Shown here piece after piece: positions 55,467 through 64,000 of a DNA stretch of 64,000 bases (the stretch's first letter is position 1; each line of letters starts with the position of its first letter). Source of the stretch: Fimicolochytrium jonesii (Eukaryota). Under the pieces are notes generated by a model, which was not told the DNA's origin, ran no database searches, and was given only the letters and a program-made list of their open reading frames with translations. The DNA is taken from NCBI RefSeq assembly GCF_025526975.1, contig NW_026515688.1, positions 124,001-188,000 of the forward strand. The letters are read 5' to 3'. The position numbers and the translations under genes were made by a program.

Positions 55467-56803
55467 TTGCGAGGTTGGAGCATCTTCTAGAAAATCTAGG
55501 AGAGCAGGATCTTGACGCGGGTGGTCAGAGCAGGATCAGAGAGTCCAGTAGATTCGTCGAAACGAACGTCACGTGAGACAGCGACAGTGTCGCGTACTGG
55601 ATCCCAGACATAATAACCTTTGGTGCCTTGTTGGTGAGCATAGCCCACTAGGTACGTCTCGGTAGCACGATTGCCATCTTGTCCCGGCCCTTGGGTGGAA
55701 CTACAGTGTACGTGGGACATCCGAGCTCGCGCAGATGCGCGATGCTTGGGCGGCGACCGGTAAGGAATTCGGAGCGCGATTTGGCGTCCGGGGTTGCAAC
55801 TGAATGCGGGTAGAGGTTGTGCAGGTAAGAGACAGCCTCCAGGATGTACGGCCAGAGCTTGCGGGGAAGCTGAGTGTCCGCGAAGATGGCGCATACGCGA
55901 TCCAGCAACGTCCGATTGAGGCGCTCTGCTTTTCCGTTTTGTTGACTAGAATAACTCATGGGTAATCTCATTGTTGTGTAGGTACGACGTGAACGCGCCA
56001 GTGTATTCTCCTCCCCTATCCGTACGTAGGATCTTGAGGGAGACGCCAGTTTGATTCTTGAGCCACTTATGAAAGATCATAAACCTTGCGGTAACAGTGG
56101 ATGCTTCCTTGTCCTTGATGGAGTAGGTACGGGCGAAATCGGAGCCGTTGTCGAGGAACGCGAGACTGTAGCGCTCTCCGTCGATGCCATGGATCCGAAA
56201 GGGACCTTGTAAATCGCTGTGTATCAGCTCGCCAGGTTTGTGTGGCGGGGATGTCGATTTAGGGAAGGTAAGGCGGGTAGCTTTGCCGAGAGCGCATGGA
56301 GTCCGGCGTAGCCCCCACTGAAGGCCAACCCTCTACTATCTTAGGCATAACCGGGAGATGTGGTTTCCAGGGTGTCCAAGACGTTGATGCAGAAGTTGGG
56401 GGGTTACGGAAGCGACCAGCGCATGTGCATTGGGATTGTAGGTAGTAACCCGTCCTTCTAAATAGTACGCGTCACCTTCGCGCATTCTCATCGCGAGTAA
56501 ATGTCGGTCGGTATTGAACGTAACGACGTTGGTGGGGTGAAAGGAGACGGTAACGGCGTTATCAGTGCATTTAGCAACAGATATGAGCGGCTGGGCAAGA
56601 CTGGGAACCAATAGAACGTCGCAAAGAGCGAGAACGTTGCCGCTGGACGTAGGGTGCATAAGTACGGTACCCTTCTTTTGAGAGGTAATGGTAGTCAAAT
56701 CCGCGAGTCCAATAAGGCGTTGGTAGTCTTGGAGAGAAGATGGATCTAGATCCTCAGTATAGGGGATCATATGATCCGTACAACCGGAATCCACGTTTGC
56801 CTT

Positions 56804-59800
56804 TGTAATGTGTGTTGGGTTGTCCGGTTTTATTGGAGAACAACGTGTCAGTGAAAGACCTATCGCTGTCTAGGTGAAAGGCCTTCCGACCCGTCAGTGA
56901 AAGGCCTTCTGACCTGTCAGTGAAAGGCCTTTCCTAAGCACTCGGGCTTATGCCCTTCACGCTCAGGCTTACGCCCTTCACGCTCAGACAGTGTTCTCCA
57001 GTGGACCCCGACCACATGGGTACTATAACAGTGCTCGTCGCGAGTTCCTATTCACAACAAGTAGTTCTTTTACTACATACCGAATAGCAGCGCCGGCGAA
57101 CACCCAGTCCGTCTACAATACCTTACAGCAAAGTAGTTATTGTATACGAACATCAATTATACAACCCGTGTGGAAGGTAGTGCACATCACGTGGTAGCAC
57201 CACTCCTTCAAACAAAATGAGCTTCCTAGTAGTAAACACGTCGGCAACTTCAGCATCTCGAAATTGCGGACGTAGCAATCGTCACAGAACGTCGATACAA
57301 CACTTCTAGACGATTCAAATAGCCTTCAGGACGTCCAGGACAACGTCCCCCTCAACTCCTGAAGCCCCTAGTGCGCTATAGTCGAAAAGCGCCGACCTCT
57401 AGGTTATTTACCTAGTGGAACGACCGATACGTCGCAACCACCTCGCTTTTCGCACCTGGATGGTTAAACAAACCTCTGTAACTCACAGTTTGCCATCCAT
57501 ACCTTACTCTTTTGGTAAATCAACATCGTGAGAGTATACGTTCAACGGTTGACACGTGGTCAACATAAACGCGTGTTTACTAGTAGCCAATTAGTAACAC
57601 GTTCACGGATCGGAAATCTACCCCAGCAATTCGATCCCCTTCAAACTCAGAAACCTCGTAGAGCACACTGAGCCTAAAGACTTGTGAAAGTTTCAAAGAG
57701 ATTCGACCTACGGACACGGAGATATCAAAAAACGCACTAAATCGTCGCTCCTATAACCTCCATATAGCAAAACTATCACAGTTTTGACCGAAACGACCCC
57801 AGAGAAGGTTTTTCCCGATCCCGAAAATTACCTTGAATTTACCTGAACGTTTTGGGATTTTTGAATCACAGCAAAACGAGTAATCCGTCATCGCCTTCGT
57901 CGTTAATTTGATACTTAAGCGAAAACGGGCGGATAGGAAAAGTCTTCCAGGTTTGGGACAGAGCTAAGCCGTTGGGGTTCTTCTTGATCCTCTCAAAGGT
58001 CTCCTTAAACTGATAGCTTCAGATCCTGTACAGGATCAACGCAGCCAAAACCCGCCGACATCGGACATGGTGGATTTTGGGGCTTTTCGCTCAAAAAGAG
58101 GGAAAATCTATGCCTGAATTTTGGTTATTGCATACGGCATATACCTGATTCAAAACCTAGTTGTTTGTGTGTATTTGCTCAAGGTACTGAGCTATACAAC
58201 ATCAACGGAGTACTTCTGTCCGCATTCTGGACGTATTCGTCGTTGTTTGAGGTTATTCAACCTGAAAACAAGATTACACTGGCCAGAAGGTTGTCATGAG
58301 TACGTCAACGGGTAGTACAGTTACCAGGAGTGAGGACACTACTCCCGGAGGTACAGCTGTTATTACTGAGATCGTTGAGGAGCCGGAGACTTCAGTTGAC
58401 CAACCTCGTTTTGAAGTTCGCCTTCCTCTTCCTCCTCGAACGACGGGACCTGTTCCGATGGAGGGTATCCAGGTTGGTGGACCTCCTCTGCTTCCTGCTG
58501 GTAACCCGCCCGCTACGACTATTTTGACGCTCTCCGTGGAGGAGCTCAATGCCCAAATGAAGGCTGCTGCGGCTGCCGCGCGAGCAGAAGTTCGCGATCA
58601 ACATGCCGAGGAACATCAGGCTCAACAGGATCGTTTGCGAGCTACGTTGGAGCGTGAATCCACCATGCGCTGTGAGGTGCTGCAGGATGGGTTGGTGGAT
58701 TCATTCTATATCGAGCAGCGTAGACACCATGGTACATGGATCTCGCAGCATCCGTTCAATGGCAAACGGCGTGAGGCCGCTTTTGTCGACACGTTTTTGC
58801 AGAAGCATACGGACTTCATGGTTACTTTTGGTCTTCCGATTGATGACTTTAAGTACATGCAGAAGGTATCTAGCTCGCCTGAAGGCGACGCACGTACCTG
58901 GTTCGACACCGCATACAGGCTTGACATGCGGAAGGAGGATTTTGAAACGGCTTTCAAGTTAGCCTTCTATCCTACGAACGCGAAAACAAACGCGCTCAAC
59001 GCTCTGCATCGTATGACGTATCATAAGTCGATGGATTCGTATGTGACGGAGTTCAAACGTATTGTTGCCGAGGCACAGCGCAACCTGGAGGTCATCACTC
59101 CTGACGATTTGAATAACCTGTTCCTTTGTGGTCTTGCTTGCGATAAGACCAATACCGTCGGCTACGAGATCGCCCAGTCGTTATTGCATACGATGGTCGA
59201 TTATAGGGAGCAACACCCTCTGCTTGCATTTCCATTGATTCGTTTAATGGATCGTGCGCTTAGTTCGTTTGCTGTACGTCGCCTTGCCAATAAGGGGACC
59301 GTTGCGAACGATACACCGGTTGCTTCTGGTAGTAGTGCGCCTAAACGTGCCAATGTCTCTTCTGCCGCGAGTACTGCGGGCAAGAAGGGGGGGAAAGCTA
59401 AGAAGACGGAAGCTACTAAACCTTACGCACGCCCAGACCTCTCGCACATGAGGTGTTTCGATTGTGGCAAGATGGGTCATCGTGCGCGAGATTGTCCTAA
59501 AAAGAAGAGGGATAAGAAGTCCGACAAGGCTAAGGATAAGCCGCGTTGGGACGCTGGTCAGAAAAAGGGTTTTCAGTAGAGACGTTTAATAAAGACACCG
59601 TTTATTCGTCTCATTGTGCAATGGTGGCCATCGAAGAGGAACTTGAGGCTATACGCCCTGAGTCCGCTGATGGTATACTAGTTGACTGTAGCAATACGTC
59701 TGCTGCGGGGGCGCGCCTGTGCCGGCCAGACGAGACTGAAACCGTTCTGACGACCAGGCCTGAAGCACTGAAACTGCAACCCGATGCGTTGATCGCACGA

Positions 59801-60036
59801 TGTGCATTTGTAGTTCATGGCAAGTTGAATGGCAAGGTTTGTCGCATTCTGATCGATACGGGATGCACAACACTGATGGTACGTCAGGGATGGGTGTCGA
59901 AACATGGTTTCCAAACCTATAACCCTAAACTGCCCATTGATGTCGCCTGGGGCGACGACGGCCATACATTCAACACCAACAAGTTATTTTGTGGCGATCT
60001 ACAGTTATGGGGAGATGTACGACACTATTCCAGAGA
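56804..60036 (+). mobile_element. Ty3/gypsy element D2 (5' LTR 56804-57191, PBS, ~1.1-kb leader, gag 58296-59579, protease; 3'-truncated)
   Basis: LTR TGTAATGTG...CACATCACG; PBS TGGTAGCACCAC at 57192-57203; leader and gag duplicate D1; similarity to D1 stops after TATTCCAGAGAA. Confidence 0.9.
59567..59628 (+). promoter_or_regulatory. -1 ribosomal frameshift signal (G_GGT_TTT plus stem-loop)
   Basis: Heptamer in the gag frame just before CAG TAG. The -1 frame opens into the protease. Stem GAGACG..AATAAA/TTTATT.CGTCTC follows. Confidence 0.8.
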
Positions 60037-60384
60037 AGGCAGCCGTCGGGATACGTTGTTGTTAGTGAGCCGCCAAGATTTTGTCGCCACCGAGATCCCA
60101 TCACTGATCCCCGTACATCAATACCTGCGTATAATAAAAGCCTTCAATTTCGTGTGAGGCAGAGTCGTCCTCATTTTTGATGCAGCGTTCAGGCCAAGGT
60201 GGTGCTTAACAGGATACTGAGAAAGGGACGTGCGAGCATTAGCTGACCGTCAGCGTGGCTCATAAAAGAGATATGGGTCAGACACTTTTTTAACATGAAA
60301 AGCATGGGCAAAACACTTGCACGGACTGCCACCCTCCGGAGGGAACCTTGTACATACCATTCAAGAAGGGAAGGGGAGGCTCAA

Positions 60385-60975
60385 AACCAAGTGGAGCGCA
60401 AAGCACACATCTTTGACCCGGTGCGAGAGGGACGAACCCTTGTCAAACCACGAGGCGTCGGACGAACCGAAGGGCCTTGTAGCTGCCCCGGACCAGATGT
60501 GTGCATTTGCTGGAGGCGCCAAGCAAAACAAACTCGGCCCAGAGCGAGAGGGACGAACCCTTGTCAAACCCCGAGGCGTCGGACGAACCGAAGGGCCTCG
60601 AAACTGCCCTGAACCGACATTTTGCTGGCGGCTCCACATGATTGTGGACCAACAACTCGGCAGCTGTAATAAGAGCTGCACGTTAGTTTAAAGCCAACAT
60701 TCCAAATAGCGAGGCAAAAGTGTGCATACATTTTGTTGGAGAAGTAAAACGCAAACCAAGTGGAGCGCAAAGCACACATCTTGCCCGGGGCGGCAAACCA
60801 CGCGGCGTCGGACGAACCGAAGGGCCCTAATAGCTGCGCTGCCCCGGAACCAGATGTGTGCATATGCTGGGGGCGCCAAGCGAAACAGACTCGGCCCAAG
60901 TCAAAATACGCGGCGTCGGACGAACCGAAGGGCCTGTAGCTGCACTGGGCCGACGTTTTCGTCGGCGGCTCCACA
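60385..60975. repeat. Complex non-coding repeat block with four exact copies of GGCGTCGGACGAACCGAAGGGCC
   Basis: Cores at 60454, 60575, 60804 and 60912. Block ~60385-60640 is imperfectly duplicated at ~60755-60975. Confidence 0.9.
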
Positions 60976-61724
60976 AGGTGTGTCTCCGCGGTTCTAAGAT
61001 CCTGTAAAGGTGAAGAAAGGAGATGTAACGTGTCCTTGCTGTTGCGAGTTGCGTGTATAGTGGGTAGTATATATGAGCGACGGTGCCAATGACTTACGTG
61101 CGCGGGGAGACTGGCAAGTGCGGCCAAATCCGAGAGGGCATCGTCACGGCAAGGGCGATTAGACAGCTGATCGCAAATCCGTGCCGTCACGCTGCGGGTG
61201 CAGGCTTTCTTCGACCTAGTAGCTATACAGAAACACGACGGCGTGGCTTTAGAATGATGCTCGTGTAGTGGCGTCCGGCGGCCGTGCATTTGCTATGATG
61301 TCTGGACACCACCGTGCGGCTTGATGGGCGGTGTGTGGGTGGCAGATGAGGGGGGGATGGGCTTTTGTGTTGTTCCTCTGTTCTCTGCGCCGTGATGCCG
61401 TAATGACGGACAATTAATGAAATAACCTTGAGAACGGGCACGCACTCTCTTAGTCTCTCACGCGCGCCTCGGGCCCCTGCGCTGTACTGTACAGTACATA
61501 TATATACATACACTTTGGCCCGCGTTCTCGCGTTTTCGCGCCTCCGTCCGAACTTCCGAGCCTCCGGAGTCCGGACTCTAGGGAGACTGCGACAGGATCG
61601 CTCAGAGGTGTCCCAGCAGTTGGCGACCTGGAGAGTGGTTTGACGCCTGGTTGCGTTATCAAATCAACCAGATAGCATCCATATAGGAGCGTATTCGTCG
61701 GCAGCGTTCCTGGTTACTGCGAAC

Positions 61725-63345
61725 ATGGCCCGTCGGAAAGAAAAGCGGACGGAGTCCTCACTTTACAAAGCAAGAACGCCCTCCCTGAACGATGTTACTG
61801 CACAGCAGCCACCAATCCAGAATGAAGAGCGGCCGGCAGCCTCCAAGGGATTTATGCGTAAGGACCTGGCCCGGGTAATAGCAGAAGAACTCCACCGTGT
61901 GTACTGACTCGCTACCACCTCCTGTCTATGGCTGTTGTCTCGGCTTAGTCACCCGCCTACCAGGATGGGCGCAAGTCGTCGTGTACGCCTTACCTGTCCT
62001 GTCGATCATCATCACGAGGAACTGGGATATCATAAATAAGACCTACCAGCTGTGGAGCAGTCCCTTGCCCCCTCTGTCGAGACTACGTGGAGTTTTTGAA
62101 GAAGCTCCAGGGACTCGAGCGAATGCCGCGATCGTGGTTTTAGCCCGGAATCGCGATGCCGGGGAGGTTGTGCATACGCTGAAAACATTCGAGCCAACGT
62201 TCAATGCCAAGTGCGTGATGTTGAACCTCGCTTCGTCGCAACCCGATGGAATCGACCAATTCATGTTTGCGCGTGGTCCTATAGGTACCGGTACCCCTAC
62301 GTATTTCTGAACGACAAGGACTGGGAACCGCAATTCAAGCAAACGATCGCAGACTTCTTGTCAGAAGTCCGCGCAGTCAACATATCTGTGAACGATACCC
62401 TCTATCTGCGATTCGGAAAGGTTAAGGAGGAGCACTGGTCATGGCCGGCACATGTGGACAAGACTGCGGCACTGAAAGACATGCGCCAGATGGCTGATCT
62501 TGGTGTCTTGCATGCGAATAAGGAAAGCTACCATCACATGTGTCGCTTCCAGAGCGGCTTTTTCTTTCAGCACGAACTGTTGAAGGATTTCAAGTGGTAT
62601 TGGAGGGTACGCTGTCATGAATGAGCAAATCTGATGCGGCATAACGCATGGCTGATACGTTTGACCGCAGGTTGAGCCCGACGTTGACTTTTTCTGTCCC
62701 CTCCATTACGACCCTTTCATGTTCATGGAATCGCACAACAAAACCTATGGCTTCAACATTGTGGCCCCAGAGTTCATGGCAACTATCCCTTCCTTGGGCA
62801 AAACTGTAAAAGCATACATGCGCGAACGAAACATTACATCCATCCCGCCGACGTTGAAGCTCATGTGGAACGAGACCACAGATGATTACAGTGGGTTCCA
62901 CTTCTGGTCCAATTTTGAAATCGGGTCCCTTGACTGGCTGCGGTCACGGGAATACGGAGAGTTCTTCGAGTATCTCGACGCAACTGGCAACTTTTTCCAT
63001 GAGAGATGGGGCGACGCCCCCGTTCACTCTGTAGCAGCAGGGCTGCTATTACGGCCTGATGAACTGCATTACTTTGAAGACATTGGATACCGGCATGCCG
63101 ATCGGATACACTGCCCCATTGTGAAGGAGAAACAAGGCGTTTACGGACCTTGTGAGTGCGATGTAGAAGAGCTGAAGAGGAGGCGAGTTCAATGGGGTAT
63201 ATGGGCCTACTCGGATCGGTGGATGAACGAACTGAAGAAATGGCAGAGATGGGCGAAGGCGTACCAAACGCCGGTCAACCTGGAGGACAAACGACAGGCG
63301 GCGCTCGTGGGACAGGCCTCCGATCCGCCGCCCGTCCTCCCATAA
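61725..63345 (+). CDS. KRE2/MNT1-family (GT15) alpha-1,2-mannosyltransferase, 4 exons
   Basis: TM anchor, AAIVVLARN, YPYVFLND, SYHHMCRFQSGFFF, YWR/VEP, HFWSNFEI, ERWGDAPVHS. Confidence 0.93.
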
Positions 63346-63655
63346 GATGTTTGGTTAGCCGACGTGGACAGGCATGCTGCTTCATTGATGGGAGGGTCAA
63401 ATCACATAACGAGAAGGAAGAATCTCGTATCGTTTTAGCTAAGCAGAACTGCCCGCTGGTCAGCCTTAGATATACGCACTTCTCAGCTCGCCATTATATT
63501 CAATCATTTAAAAACGACTCTCACGACAATGATGTACTACAAACGTGCCCAGTCCTCCGTGCCTGAAGGAAAATGGATCTCTCGCAGCACTTATCGCTTG
63601 TCCGTCCATGTCAAGCGGAAACAGGAACCGGAACGTGACATCGATTGTCTTTCCA

Positions 63656-64000
63656 TCAACAAAGGATCGCGCTCGTCCCGACGCCGCGCGGATCCTTGCC
63701 TGCCAATGCGACAGGCTCTTCGAGCAGAGGGGCTTCCTCACCGGGCACATCCAGTCCGCCGACCGCATCCAGTCCGCCGACCGCATCCAGTCCGGCGCCA
63801 TACGACACATACTGCATAATATCCCTTGACCTGCCGATGGATGTGACCCGCTCCCGGGTAGCCTCGTTCAGCGCCAAATGCTCGTGATCAGTTTCCACCG
63901 TTTCGGCGATGCCCATAAAATGATTGATATCCAGCGATGTCAACCGCCGCTTGGCGTCGCGCGCGAACGTTGCGGAACCCGCAACACCAGCCCCAGCCAC
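63656..64000 (-). CDS. Possible 3' end of an unknown gene entering from the window edge
   Basis: Frame open to the edge, with an in-frame 18-bp tandem repeat (GLDAVG). No recognisable domain. Confidence 0.3.
   Translation of the reverse strand: MAGAGVAGSATFARDAKRRLTSLDINHFMGIAETVETDHEHLALNEATRERVTSIGRSRDIMQYVSYGAGLDAVGGLDAVGGLDVPGEEAPLLEEPVALAGKDPRGVGTSAILC

Larger units (their letters stand above)
52391..56803 (-). mobile_element. Ty1/copia element C (PR-IN-chromodomain-RT-RNase H, antisense extra ORF, 3' LTR 52391-52634); 5' part lost
   Basis: VDSGCTDHM, LLHQRLGHPG, IHSDLQGPF, QQNGKAERLNRTL, VSRDVRFDE, NGTWELVPRP, IYVNDF, YTDASYADDVNDRKST, VALSSTEAEY, RSKHIDVRYH. Domain order is copia-type; frameshifted. 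Confidence 0.92.

Noticed and set aside
60454..60934. CRISPR-like array of 23-bp repeats
   Set aside because: Spacing is irregular, the intervening sequences are duplicates of each other, there are no cas genes, and the context is eukaryotic.

Overview
Intron-rich eukaryotic DNA, most likely from a flagellated (chytrid-like) fungus: it carries a CFAP119/C1a-32 axonemal gene alongside fungal-type KRE2 and UPRT genes. Positions 1-31.5 kb are gene dense: UPRT, an MTFR1/PRR11-like polyproline/WH2-like gene, an HtrA2-like protease, ZSWIM7/Sws1, Prp24/SART3, CFAP119, MZM1/LYRM7, clathrin heavy chain, DUF1304, mitochondrial AspRS, WDR53, tRNA-Val(UAC), eIF3h and a dienelactone hydrolase. Several were assembled by hand from GT-AG exons and are absent from, or fragmented in, the ORF track. 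Positions ~31.8-60.0 kb form a gene-free island of nested, decayed LTR retrotransposons (two Ty1/copia and three Ty3/gypsy families; the family labels A, C, D, G1 and G2 are mine). A repeat block and a KRE2/GT15 gene follow. The most unusual element is copia family C: it has a chromodomain between integrase and RT, a feature normally seen in Ty3/gypsy chromoviruses, plus an antisense 3' extra ORF with its own apparent TATA box. Also notable are copia LTRs with TA...TA termini and a half-tRNA primer site, two gag-pol -1 frameshift cassettes, a chimeric gypsy element, and reciprocal nesting between families. All family assignments come from motif recognition; no searches were run.
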